Source: Octopus sinensis (lineage: Eukaryota). From it: DNA of 64,000 nt. Position 1 is the first letter of the stretch. Each line of letters begins with the position of its first letter. The notes under the pieces are model-generated. The model was not told the origin of the DNA and made no database searches. It was given only the letters and a program-made list of their open reading frames with translations. The position numbers and the translations under genes were made by a program. Below are positions 1 to 13,477 of this stretch, in pieces. Location of the stretch: NCBI RefSeq assembly GCF_006345805.1, contig NC_043002.1, positions 100,316,001-100,380,000 on the forward strand, given 5' to 3'.

Positions 1-3000
1 TGGATTAATGAATTGCTATTATTACACGTATGTTGTACAAAGGGTACAAATCCATTACTGGAAATGTCATAAATCTTCCTGTAGCAGCAAAACAGGAGGA
101 TGGACCTTGGAATTGTAGAAGTTGTAACTGCATACATAGCTGCATTATAATTGATTACGCAGGCAGGAAACTAAATTGGGATTGCTCAGAACAATATTTC
201 AACCTGTACGTAAATCTCAAACAGTCCCCTCTGTCTCTCTCTCTCTCTCTCTCTCTCACACTCTGTCTGTCTCTCTCTCTCTCTCCCTATCTATCTATCT
301 ATCTATCAAGTAGTCAACTGTGGACAATAATGACTTCCTTCTAATGAAACGCCTTTACTATACATTTCTCTATCTCATCTTTGACACAGTAAATAATGTA
401 ATATAGTGTAATTAAGAACCCTATCCCCGATGCTTCGTTATTTCGGCACTGAAAAGATCCAAGAAGATCGAAAAAGTAGCTGCATATGAATATTTGCACT
501 CCATAATTGATGCAGAAAATTATAAAAGAAACTTTAATGAAATAACTATAAAAACATAATATAATTTATTCCTTTCACTTCAATGCCAAATCAAACAAAA
601 AACAATAAATCCCTGCCAAGACCACCTTTCCTTTGCAACAGAAATGAACAACCAAACTGCGGAAAGTTTAAAGAGTTTATTTTCATCGCATTTATGCAGA
701 TGCGTCTACAGTGTGCACTAGTCTATATATTTAGAGGTTAGAATTAGGATGTAGAAATTAACAAAACACAAAATGAATTTATTTAATTTCCATACTGTTC
801 TCATTAATGTTAGTTTTGTAAATGAATTAAACCGAAAGTTAAATTATCAGCTGTTTTTGTTTCACAGAAAAGTAGTTAGTTACCATTGTTGCTTATCCTC
901 ATATTGGGCAGTTGTTTAATTAAGGGCATTCCAGTAATGGCACTCCTGTAACAAATTGTTACAGGAATTACACTTCCTTATAGGAAGTGTAATTTGAGGA
1001 ACACTTCGAGCAGATTAAATGTGCACTTAGATGCTTCGGTCAAGCGTTACATATAATAATATAAGTGATTTAATGCGAATCAAGGAAAAATTATTAGAAA
1101 CGTCTACAATTCTCGCCTCTTGTCTGTATTTATGCATTTCATTAGCAATTGTCCTTAATTCCCTCTGGTTTTCCATCGAATATTTCAATAATTCAAGAAC
1201 TTTCTATTGATGTTACTATTTATCCAATTCCACTGTCAAGTGATATAATAGTTGACAGCTGAAACAGAATCATATTTGCTTAGATTCATTTCGTAGCAAC
1301 ATATCTAATGCAGTTACCGTATAAATCATTCAAAGGAATTGTTATACAGTAAAATTACAGTGATAAATGTTGTGAACTTATTTTCCCATCATGAATTCGA
1401 TGTCAAAGTAATACTGATTCTGCTTCAATGGGCGTCTAATTTAGAACATTATTTGTATTTTATATTCTCTAAAAATATTTAATAACGATTCCTGTCTTGA
1501 GTGTGAAATTACTTTTATAAATTGAGAGAGAAAGGCAATTTATCAAAAATTGATGAAAATTGAAGTCTATTCCAGGTTTATTTGAACTCAACACTGAGGC
1601 AAGAAGACTTAATTAGCTCATACATGAATCACATAGAACATTTCGTAACGTTAATAAATGAGATAAATGTGCTTTTTGATACAATAAGAATCTACTATGT
1701 AATTTTGGTATATATTTCCTTCAGCTAAGAAACCTGGAACATGTAAAAGTATGTTTCTTACACTTTATTAGGAAAAAGATCAAAATTATATGCGTTGGCA
1801 AATGAAATTCACTAACGTTCGTTTTTCCTTAAGATCTCTTCTGGTATAAATCAATTGTAGATATTAATTTCTGCTGGAAATCAGACCAGCACTTACTCTT
1901 TCTTTCTATTTCTGAAACACTTGTTCTTTCTGGACATTTCTACAACTAAAAAATGAAATAATACTTCGTAAAATTGAGCGTAAATGGCAGCTTACATAAG
2001 TGCTCAGAGACCTTGTTACTTTAAAAGATGAAAAATATAATTATGTTTCAAATTTGGAATTTCATATCTATGTATATATATGCTTAAGCTCTACATACAA
2101 CGGTTTCGTATGGTATGTCCTGTCTCTTTTTTTTATACCATAAATGTCATAATATTAAATACTACTATTAGTAGGATTTTCTTTTTCATCAATTTGTTTT
2201 TGTTTTTAGTAAATCGTTACATAAGATTCCTATTCAATTATGTAAATAGTGTGTGATACAATCTTTCGCAATATATTTAATAAAGTATTTATGAATAGAA
2301 TATAAGCATTTCGGTAATAATAAATATAAAATATGAGCTGCTACATGAGCACACGATCTGCTCAAATCAACGTCCAAATATCTTTCAAATCACATCTTAA
2401 TGCTTTGAAAATACAAGAAAATTATACACCAGATAATGTAGTACTACATACCCACAAAACGAAGCGTCGGTAGCAACTAAGAGATGCATGAAGAAGTGAC
2501 TCCAAGATCAGGCCAGCCCAGTAAGTTATGAGTAACCTAAAATAGAGCAGCTATAATCATAAAATCACCTGAAGACTCCGACACAACCATTGATATACTA
2601 CTGTTAAAAATGCTGTTATTAAACGTAAGAAATACACTTATTGAGTCGCAGACAACTTAAAACTTTTGTGAATGTAGTATCCAAGGGCAAAGGAGAGGAA
2701 TTTGTATTATACTTAAGCTCTTTCCAACCAAGCCACCTGGCTCAAAATGTCGATAATTCCCCTTTAACGGGAAGCAAGTACATTATCTTTCATTGATACT
2801 TCCTTTGGATTACATTTTGCCTACGCAGATCAAGAACTGATTCCTTGATTTTCGAGTTTCCTTTGCACTGAATTCACTTTTTCTTCTATACATTAGAATA
2901 TTAGGAATGGATTTATCACCAGCTAAATATTTAATAATTATGAAGTAATCCTACAGCTTGCTACAGTAAGCTTTGTGTTGTTAACTGTAAATAACTGTGG

Positions 3001-3168
3001 CAATATTAGGTACTCCAGCCAGAGATGCTCATTTCCTCGGTATAGGTGTAATGGCGTTCACACTATGTACAAAAATTTGTATTTACTCTGAATATTTCTT
3101 GAGGCTACTTTTAGTGATTTTGGATAGTCACATTGAGTTTGTATTCCTTTACTTATTTTGCACCATTT

Positions 3169-3208
<40 letters not shown>

Positions 3209-3225
3209 ATATATATATATATATA

Positions 3226-3398
3226 GGGGCAGGAGTGGCTGACTTGTAAGTAACTTGCTTACCAGCCACATGGTTCCGGTTTCAGTCCCACAGTGTGGCA
3301 TCTTATGCAACTGTCTTCTACCATAGCCTTGGGCCGACCAAAGTCTTGTTAGACGGAAACTGACAGAAACCCGTCGAATATATATATATATATATATA

Positions 3399-3432
<34 letters not shown>

Positions 3433-3635
3433 CTGTGTTTGTCCCCCCCCCAACATTGCTTGACAACCGACGCTGGTGTGTTTACGTCCTCGTAACTTAG
3501 CAGTACGCCAAAAGAGACTGATAGAGTAAGTACTACGCTCACAAAGGATAAGTCCTAAAGTCGATCTGTTCGACTAAAGGTGGTGCTCCAGCATGGCCGC
3601 AGTCAAATGACTGAAACAAATAACATAATAAATAC
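3226..3635 (+). mobile_element. tRNA-derived SINE family A, full length
   Basis: A/B-box-like head, internal (TA)(TG) tract, and 3' end ggtgctccagcatggccgcagtcaaatgactgaaac. Many related copies in the window. Confidence 0.85.
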
Positions 3636-4051
3636 AAAACTGAGCTAAGTGAAATAACTGGGGCTGGCTTGTAGTAGAAATTTGGATAGAAGGCGTGAGG
3701 AGATACTTGGCAACTTATTGAAAATATTTGGAGGGGGGATAAAAATAGTCGAGTAGCCAGCGGCAATTGCAACTGGTTCTCTATAACAATTAACAGAGAC
3801 ATGGTTTTGTTTGTGTGTGTATTTGCTTTCTTTCAGTTAAGGCATGTGAACATGTCCTTCTTCAATAGACATCAACCCATCATCTCAGCATTACACTCAA
3901 TTATATTGCATGAGTGATTTTAGCCATTAAAAACATACAGGTGTTAAAATCCCTTTTCGTGATTCTTGGGGTAACACAATCTTCACCGCAGTACTCTGAT
4001 CTGGTTACTAATTCTACTCCAATAAAAATATGGAAAGTGAATTTAGCAGAT

Positions 4052-4107
<56 letters not shown>

Positions 4108-4620
4108 TTCTTTCTGTTTCTTTCCTATGGCTAAACTGGCTTTTTCACTTTGTAATTAATCCTAGGGTACTTTTTGGTTATCTCACTCCCATCAGAAAAT
4201 TGGGTTCTCTCCCCCGTTTTACTAGAAATATCGGTACTTTTGGACATCTCCCTCAACTAAAAAAATTGTTTAACCCTCAATGGAAAAAAGATATTAAAAA
4301 TCAACAAACATTACAACTGAAAAAAAATTAATGAACATGAATACTGAAAAAAATCCTAATAACATTTTTATAACAAATCTTACCAATTCTATTGAGGAGG
4401 CCAAAAGTGAACAACGTGTTGAAGTATTGAATCAAAAGGATCTAACTCTTTTAATCCAATCTCTTGTCACTACATTAACTTGAATTTTTAGTGGGGAGAT
4501 AACCAAATTTTTTAATGGCAATTTTTTAATTGAGTGAGATAAGCAAAATGTACCAATCCTAGTTTCCAAATACGATTTACGATCAAGTGAATTTTCAGGC
4601 ATATACAACTCATATATAAA

Positions 4621-4663
<43 letters not shown>

Positions 4664-4972
4664 GTGAGTCGGTCGTCGCATAATCTAGTGTTAGACTATG
4701 ATAATTTGGTCCTCAATTTATTTCCCGGATAAAGAGGCGCGTTCGGTCTTTGAACAAGGAAGTTTATTTCACATTCATGCACCAGCCGAATTTAGTGCAG
4801 GTTTTTGACTCTCAGTTGTATTAAGAGGTGTGAAGGGGGGGCTCCGTCTACGCTTACTTGCAACTACAGAAGCACGTAAAAGAAATAGTGAAATCACAGT
4901 GGAAGTTAAAAGGTCATAATCGCTAGCACGTGATGGCTATGACTTCGTTTAGATTATATACAAATGTATGTG

Positions 4973-4974
<2 letters not shown>

Positions 4975-5039
<65 letters not shown>

Positions 5040-5266
5040 GTTTCTTTATTGGCCACAGAGGGCTGCACACAGATGGGACAAATTACAAGGTAGAGCTTTT
5101 CTTTTGGGGGATGAAAAAAACAAACAAAAAACAAGAGAAACAAAAAAAAGTGGCGTAGGTTTTCGATCAAAAGGGATCGTGATTGGGAAAAAAACAAAAA
5201 AAAGGAGAAAAAAAGAAACAAAAGAAAAGAAAAAGGAAAAAAGAGGAAAAAGTGGAATAGGAAATA

Positions 5267-5313
<47 letters not shown>
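4975..5313. repeat. (GATA)n arrays flanking a ~230 bp insert
   Basis: GATA runs at 4975-5037 and 5270-5313. Confidence 0.9.
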
Positions 5314-5315
<2 letters not shown>

Positions 5316-6478
5316 CAAAAGGCAAGTAAAACACAATTATGTTCCAATATCATCAAGGTCAAGTTTTCTTTTCATTTTTCGGGGTAGCAAAAGTACCAGT
5401 TAACCATAAGCATACATAGCGAAAATATATACAAATATATATGGAGGGAGAGAGGGTGAGTATGTGTCAGTGACAGAGGAAGAGTATTATGTGTGTGTGA
5501 GAGACAGAGGAAGAGAGAAAGCGAGGGAGGGAGATACGAAAAATCCTAGCCCACACTAATCTCCATTTAGGGATATATCTGTTGGCAACTGTTTTTTTTT
5601 TTTTCTCCTTTAATCTTTTTTTCTTTTTTCGTGGTTGTGATATGGAGTGATATTATCCGACTTAACGTACATTATTTATAAGTGTTGTAGAAAAAAAAAC
5701 CGTTAAACATTCTGGAAAACGTTTTCTTAACCCAATTTTATTCATCTTCATTGGGATCTCTTGCCTTAATGTACTCAATTAATGAGTGTAATATATTCCT
5801 TCTCATTTCTCTTCACATGTAAATTTAGAACCTTGTGTTGCTATACAAAATCAATTGCGCCCACAAGAAATCAATAATCTATAAATAGATGGAAAATATC
5901 TGTGTATATAGTAGTGGCCCAGATTATAGCGATGTATAATGATGTATACTATGAGATTCTACAGAACCCGTGTTCAAATTCCGCTGTAGTGGAATTTATA
6001 ATTTATGTATCTATGACTCATTTTTTAATACACATTCCACTTCTTCTGTGATCTTGCTCCAATGTTAATGATACACAAATTGACTTTTCTGTAATATTAT
6101 ACACCATAATTTGTAAATAATGTAAACGTTGTGGTGTGTAACTTTCAAAATATTCTAAGCATTGCGGGTTGTAGCTTTCAGCAAGCAAACAGCATTAAAA
6201 AGAATTTCGTGAGGAAATCATAGCTGTTATATTACTTGAAGAAACTTCATTTCAACAAGAAAAAAAAAAACATCATGTTAACCGTATAAAGAGTTTTCAT
6301 TATTTGACTGAAATTTAATTTTATCGAACTTGGAGAAGGAAACATTATTAAAGTCTGTGCGATATATTACATGGATATGCGTTACAGGTGTGTATGTGTC
6401 TGTGCGTGTGTGCATATGCTCCTATATACATATCTGTTTATACATATATATAATATATATATATATAATATATATATA

Positions 6479-6671
6479 GTTAATCCAAACAAGAAAATAC
6501 AAAAAACACAGCAACGCGAGGACGTGGAACAAATAAAGTATTATTGGACGCTCAGGAAAGAAGGGAAGAAGGAGGATTTAACGTTTCGAGCGGAGCTCTT
6601 CATCGGAAACAAAGGCGAACGAAAGATCCCGAGAAGGGAAGACAGAGGAAAAAAATTGCTGGCGGTGCCAT

Positions 6672-6674
<3 letters not shown>
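6479..6674 (-). mobile_element. Short PLE-type terminal fragment in (TA)n
   Basis: Homologous to 48835-49039, carries an HHR motif, and is flanked by (TA)n on both sides. Confidence 0.65.
6577..6609 (-). ncRNA. Minimal hammerhead motif (U4C variant)
   Basis: TTT-CCGATGA-A-GAGC(TCC)GCTC-GAAA-CG-TT-AAA. Confidence 0.55.
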
Positions 6675-6709
<35 letters not shown>

Positions 6710-7006
6710 ATGGTATTATTATTAAAATACCATCAGGGTGGTAAGCGAATTATCACCCGTACAAGCAAATTAATAAAAATATAACATACAATATTAGATA
6801 CGTACATATATACACAAGGGTACACATGAGTACCTATGTCGCTAATGATAGAAGTCAAAAAAAATGCTTCTGTATATATTATATAAAATACTTCTATGTA
6901 TATGTATAAATACATATAATATATATATATATTATATATATATATATATAGAGGAAGAGAGAGAGAGAGAGTACAATATATATATATATATATATAAATA
7001 TATATA

Positions 7007-7465
7007 CGAGCAAAACAACACCCCCCGTCCAATGGACGGTGCTGAATCATATCTGCTGAATTAAAAGCAATCAATTTTTGGGTTTTCTTAAACGAAGTTA
7101 AAGCAAAAGAATAATCTTTCCTTCCTTCATGCCAAGTTTAAAGAAAATATCTCTTTTGCATCTTACTGCATTGGTCTCTTAAATATACTGCATTTTGTGG
7201 CATTATTTCAAGCCAGCCGGTTTTTTTACGCAAACTGCACGTGCATTTTTCTCACGTACGCGTAGTATCGATCGCAGCAGCTGATGTACTTGCGCATACA
7301 AATGCACGCTCCCACGGCTTTATTGATCGCATTGTAATTTTTTAAGATTTATACTCGCTCTGAAACCGTCGGTATCTACATATCAAATTTGAGCGCAATC
7401 GCATGGAGGATGCCCGAGATCCTAGTAGACAGACACACAGACAGACAGAATGGATTTTATATAAT
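7007..7465 (-). mobile_element. Non-autonomous Helitron-like element
   Basis: Minus strand begins tatataaaa..ctgtctgtctgt. 3' hairpin ccgtcc(att)ggacgg lies shortly before a CTCG|T end (canonical is CTRR). Confidence 0.55.
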
Positions 7466-7532
7466 ATATATATATATAAATTAAAATCTTAGGGTAGCAA
7501 GAATATTTATCGAAAACATATTCTAAGTTACC

Positions 7533-7924
7533 AGTGGTCTAGCGAGAAGGAAAAAGCGTTCTTCCCAACCACATGGTTCCGGGTTCAGTCCCACTGCGTG
7601 GCACGTTAGGCAAGTGTCTTCTACTATAAGCCTCGTGCCGACCAAAGCCCTACGAGTTGATTTAGTAGACGGAAACTAAAAGAAGCCCATTGTATGTATA
7701 TATATGTGTGTGTGTGTGTGTGTTTGTGTGCCTTTGTGTCTGTTCCCCACCACCATCGCATGGCAACCGATGTTTCTGTTTTTATGTCACAAAAGAGACC
7801 GATTGAATAAGTGCTATGCTTACAAAGAATAAGTCATGGAGTCGATTTGCTCGACTAAAGGCGGTGCTCCAGCATGGCCGCAGTGAAATTGCTGAAAGGT
7901 GTAAAAGAGTAAATACAAAAAGAG
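7533..7924 (+). mobile_element. SINE family A
   Basis: Aligns along its length with 3226-3635. Confidence 0.85.
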
Positions 7925-8656
7925 CATATCAATAATAATAACAATAATAATAAGGATTATTACGAAATGACATAACCTTTGATTGCTTTTTATATATACA
8001 GCTTTACATAGACCTACACGTGTTTCAACTACATCGATTAGCAACTGCTGCAATTTTCAACATTGCTATAAGGTTATGGCAGTATATTTAGAATTATCCA
8101 ACGGAATATATCTCTAAATTCTTATCTCATGAGAATTATTATTGGATTTATGTATTAACCATTGAATAACCTAGTTTGACTACCTACCTGTGAGTAACTT
8201 GGTAAACGTTTGGAGAAATCCCTTACTAATTACGTGTTGTGTGTGTACGCGCGAGCGCATGTATATATATAAAAGGAAAACAATAATTGTTACTAAATAT
8301 GTCTAGAGAGTTGGAACACTTACATTGATTGAATAAGTGCTAATTCTGTAGCTTCATCAGTAGGGACCACTCGACCCGGATTTATTCCAGACTTGCTTCT
8401 GTGTCAGTAGATATGTATTCACCTTTAAAAAACCATGGGTGATTTAGCGAATCGTTAATGTGTATACAATAACTTAATATAGACAACTGTATGCAATGTT
8501 TAATGAAAAATGGAAACTACATATGATTAGTGTGTTAGAACACCTACATTGCTAGAAATAAGAGCTAAAAATCTCCAAAGCTGTAGTTAATGCATATAAT
8601 TGTATAAATATGTACTAATAGTGACCGTAATAGCCCGAAAACACCGGTCGAGAATT

Positions 8657-8705
8657 CTCATACTAGTCGGTCAGTTTCGGCTATTTCCATAGCCTCATCA
8701 GTAAG
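8657..8705 (-). ncRNA. Type-I hammerhead ribozyme, canonical core
   Basis: CTTA-CTGATGA-GGCTAT(GGAA)ATAGCC-GAAA-CT(GACCGACT)AG-TA-TGAG. Helix II is a perfect 6 bp, helix III 3 bp, helix I 4 bp with one GU. Confidence 0.75.
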
Positions 8706-10190
8706 GACCGCTCGATTCAGACTTTTCCGGACTTATTTCTCTGTCTGTACATGTTCTCCACAAAACTCTGTGTGTGTGTGTGTTGTGTGTGGGTGGGTGT
8801 GTGTGTGTGTGCATTAAAAAGTGCAGCAGTATATACTTCCTATTATATTCTGTGTCCAAATGTGTGTGAGGTCAATTTTTTCATATTTTCCGTTACAAAA
8901 TAAATAGAATATCAATTCCCGGGGACAATTAATCGGATAATGCATGTCTTTGAATTTTCTATATCCAAATGGTTGTGGTTGAAAATCTTTCTTAGACCTA
9001 CTTACATTTTAAAGGCATCTTAATGATCCAACGGCTACAATAAATATGTGATCCTATCCGAAGCATATTAACAGAAGAATGGGATTATATTAAAAAATTT
9101 TTATTTCATTGCACACCATTTTGAGCTTGGTGTTTAAAAGCATATTGTAACCTTTGTAATTAAAAAACTTACATGTGACACTCTTTATCAATTACTGATG
9201 TCTAAGAGAATAATTTGATTTTGTACAACGAACCAAGGTCCCAAATGAAGAATATGCATTATGTTTATTAATAGGGAACATTAATGGAAACGATTTCCTA
9301 GGAGATTAAGAAAAATTGGGTCAGGAAACCGTTTCACACGGAGCTTAGCGTCTTTGCTCCACACGACTAAGAAACGATATACATTAAGTAGGATATAATT
9401 AGTCATATAACAAATCAACAACAAAGCCAGTTGCCAATGAAGCAGTCGTTGCTATAATATATTTTGTACAGATACAGCCGTAAATGTTTACATCATTCTC
9501 AAGGCTTTTATCTTTAATCCAGATAGTATAACATAATTCGTAATATCTGCCTGTAGTTCAGTTAGTAAGTATTGAATCAGGTAAGATGTAATTAGACTTA
9601 AGAGGTTTCTATAGTTACAGACAAAGATGAGTGTCTGAGGGAAAAAAAAATATCAATCGATCATTTCAACATCGAAATCTCTGTCTAAATATACTTCGTG
9701 CGTGGTGTACATTTGTGTCTTCGTATGTATGATCATGAGTGTTTTGTAGGTGAGGGTATAGTTTTATGAACTTATGTATATATGTGCATAACACACACAC
9801 ACACGCGCGCGCTTTTATAAACTTATATATGTGTGCATAACACGCACATACACACACTCTCTCTCTCTTTCACGCATACACACACACAAACACACACATA
9901 AATACGTATGAAATGCATGGAGGGGTTGCATATTGAATTAAAGTCATGTATGCACAAGAATTTAATGTTTCCAGTGAGTTGAGGTTTTCTCGTATCAAGA
10001 AATGAGATTTAAGCTGTTGGGATTTAGAATAATTCATTCTCTACGTTCAATCCACCATGAATAATTCTAAATATATTATTTTTTAAACTCATCTAGTAAA
10101 GGTATAAATATATACACAAATATATTAACATACTTAAGATATTGCCCGTATATATGTGCATACTTACGTCTTTCTCTCTCTGTGTCTCTG

Positions 10191-10222
<32 letters not shown>

Positions 10223-10291
10223 TATATTTAGATAGATAGATAGATAAGATCTTACATATATAAATATTTTTTCTGTAACACACCGTGCATA

Positions 10292-10668
10292 TATTCTTTT
10301 CTACTCTAGACACAGGGCTCGAAATTATGGTGGGAGGGAGCCAGTCGATTAGATCGACTCAACTACGCAACTGGTACTTAATTTATCGACCACGAAAGGA
10401 TGGAAGGCAAAGTCGACCTCGGTGGTATTTAAACTCAGAACGTAAAGACAGACAAAATACCCATTTCTTTACTACCCACAACGGGCTAAACACAGAAGGG
10501 ACAAATCGATTATATCGACCCCAGTGCGTAACTAGTACTTATTTACTCGACCCCAAAAGGATGAAAAGCAAAGTCGACCTCGGCAGAATTTGAACTCAGA
10601 ACGTAGCGGCAGACGAAATACCGCTAAGCATTTCGCCCGGCGTGCTAACGCTTCTGCCAGCTCGCTGC
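10292..10668 (-). mobile_element. tRNA-derived SINE family B, dimeric body
   Basis: Two tandem copies of cgacccc.aaaggatgaaa.gcaaagtcgacctcgg...tttgaactcagaacg, with a single head. Confidence 0.85.
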
Positions 10669-12275
10669 ATTATATCGTGCATATATTATCAAATATACAA
10701 ATAAATGCAACAACCTTATATTTGTCCAAGCTATATATATATATATATATATGGTTTGATTGTTATGGGGTTTTATCTACTTTGATTTCTTTGGGAACAT
10801 TGTTAAAATAAGAGGGACTTGTTGTTTTGTATATAGGTATTACATCTAACTTTTCTTGAAATTTATTTAGGTTCACAGTTTTACAGTTCAGTGTTAATTT
10901 TTTTAAGGAATAGCATTATTCATCTGTTTAATATTCGATATCCCTTGAAACGGTAAAGGTTAATGTGACATTACAAATTCCTTATCTAGCAGTGAAGGTA
11001 ACACGGATTCATTAGAATTCACAGCTATGAAATTTAACGTGTTACTTTGCATGCCAACGGCAATGGATCGCATTATATTATTAAACGTTAAAGAAGTTCT
11101 GAAAAATAAAATAATGTATAACAGTAGATTAGTGAGGGTACTTTAAATTTTAGCAATCAACAAAAGTATCCGTTTTAATGCACAGGATTCTTTCTTCTAA
11201 AAATATACAAAACGTTTTTTTACACATTTTCAGAGCTTACAAACTACCTCTGGCGTTTTTTCTCATGACAGGAATTTCCGTAGATTTTCATTAAATGAGA
11301 AATTTAAAAGCGGGAAGCTGAAGCAAAAATTAATCTGTATTGCTTTCAGGAAATGTTAATGTCACTGATTTAGCCGCAATAAACTAAGCATTTCTGGTGT
11401 AACCACATAACAACTTACATTGTAGTAAGACAAGTTAAATATTCCTTCACTCACTCATAAGGGTTATGGGAGCCATGTAGTGATAGAAACAAAGTTATTT
11501 TCGCTATCGCTAACCCTTAAGTTTAGTAAAATGTACACTTAGAATATTATCAAATCATCAGCAAGGAAACGATATTTCAAGCTTCGTAAGTTACAATGTA
11601 CGGCCAAATGCTACTTCGGCTTGGAAATTCTATATCAGGAATCATCAAAATCGATACTTTGGTATTTCACAATGAAGGTTTGAATTCAGATCTTCATTAA
11701 GCTGACTTTCATAAATGCATTTGAAAGAGCCTTACATTAAAACATTTTTTGTAACTCCTTCATAAGTTGTATAGAAGTGTGAAGCCGCACTGTACGTTTA
11801 ACACACAAATGTCTTGCAGAGATTTCTGACCGAGAGAAAATATTATAGCTAGTGCCGGTCCACATTGGCGTACACAATAAACGTTTTATACAGAATGGTA
11901 GTTTAATCTAAAGCTATTTCAAGAGCGTATATCGGTATAATTTTAACTTGTCTAGCTTTCACATAAGTCAGTGATCATGACTTTTCTTTATTGCTCAGAG
12001 CATCCAGAATATTCGGCACTCAAGATATCAAATTTGGTCGATACACATCTGAGGAACCAACGGCGTTCTGAGCGAAACCACTTGTTTTAAAGAGGCAAGA
12101 TTATTGAGATGTTTCTGTGAAACAAGATATTACAGTGACTTTTGTCCTAATACATAACATTTTCAATGCTATATAGTCCAGCAATTCATTACGTGTTTTC
12201 TTTTCTTTTTAATTTCATGCATTCAATAATCCTTTTCCCTAATTATATTTTTCCTTTATTTTTATTTCTACTTAG

Positions 12276-12441
12276 GGACCACGACGAAGAATATTCTGTA
12301 TTTGAAGCAGCTAAAAAATTAAATGAGGTATCTGGATTCAAGGGTCTAGGACGATTCTTCAAACAAGTCGCACAATCAGCTCGAAAAGGAAGCAGTGGTA
12401 GTGTTGATGACTTCCTGGGTTGCGTTAATATCCCAGCCAAA
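12276..12441 (+). CDS. BAIAP3: Internal exon of a BAIAP3/Munc13-4 (unc-13-4-like) gene, C2A domain
   Basis: Pyrimidine tract plus cttag acceptor (AG 12274-75) and GTAAGT donor at 12442. 166 nt = 1 nt + 55 codons: (W)[55 protein letters not shown]. This matches the remembered BAIAP3 C2A motif WDHDD..EA.RKLNEV.G.KG.GR.FKQI.KSAR...DDFLGC.NIP. BAIAP3 versus Munc13-4 orthology is not resolved here. Confidence 0.93.
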
Positions 12442-12582
12442 GTAAGTGAAACTAATACAAAATGAATATAAATAGCATTTCAGACGATATGCCATTCCAT
12501 CTGTCTATTAATCGATTGATATATTAATCAAATAAATCCAGAAGTGAGGGATTAAAAATATTTATTGCTTAGTTGCTTTCTT

Positions 12583-12785
12583 CTATCTTTTGCTTGCTTT
12601 AGCCATTAGACTGCGGCCATGCTAGGGCACCGTCTTCAAGAGGTTTTAGTCAAATATATCAACCGCCGTACTTATTTTATCGGTGTCGTTTACGGAAACG
12701 CTAAGTTACGAGGACGAAAACATACCAGCACCGGTTGTCAAGCGGTGGTGATGGGATAAACACAGACACAAAGACACACGTACAC
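12583..12785 (-). mobile_element. SINE family A, 3' half
   Basis: gactgcggccatgctagggcacc..., about 140 bp downstream of the first exon. Confidence 0.75.
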
Positions 12786-12879
12786 ACGCACACATATATA
12801 TACCACCTTACTCTAATTAAATACTGTAAATAACCTGAGATACTCGTCCTGCTTTGGTTTTTTGTCCTTTTCCCTTTAA

Positions 12880-13019
12880 TACAACATACATATATTATAT
12901 ATATATATATATACTATATATATATATAATATATATAATATTGTATATATATAATATATATATATATAATATATATATAGATATATAATATATATATATA
13001 TATATTATATATATATAAT

Positions 13020-13052
<33 letters not shown>

Positions 13053-13067
13053 TATATATAATAATAT

Positions 13068-13112
<45 letters not shown>

Positions 13113-13219
13113 TATATATATATCTATATATATATAATATAATATATAATATATATATATATATATAATATTAATATATAATATAATATATATTATAATA
13201 TATATATATATATATTATA

Positions 13220-13263
<44 letters not shown>

Positions 13264-13266
13264 ATA

Positions 13267-13298
<32 letters not shown>

Positions 13299-13379
13299 TA
13301 TATATAATAATATATATATATTATATTATAATATATATTATATATATAATATATATTATATAATATTATTATATATATA

Positions 13380-13426
<47 letters not shown>

Positions 13427-13438
13427 TTATATATATAT

Positions 13439-13476
<38 letters not shown>
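12880..13476. repeat. Interrupted (TA)n array, ~600 bp
   Basis: Directly visible. Confidence 0.95.

Positions 13477-13477
<1 letters not shown>

Noticed and set aside
30-344. 104 aa ORF as a possible upstream exon
   Set aside because: No resemblance to the expected upstream C2A sequence, and it runs into (CT)n.
690-722. CTAG|T as a Helitron 3' end
   Set aside because: No convincing subterminal hairpin.
8008-8062. Minus-strand TTGAAAA...GAAACACGTGTA, a possible fifth U3-A8 hammerhead
   Set aside because: Helix I does not pair and helix II needs a register shift; too decayed to support.
12040-12090. CTGAGGA...GAAAC motif
   Set aside because: No helix II closing pair and no helix I.
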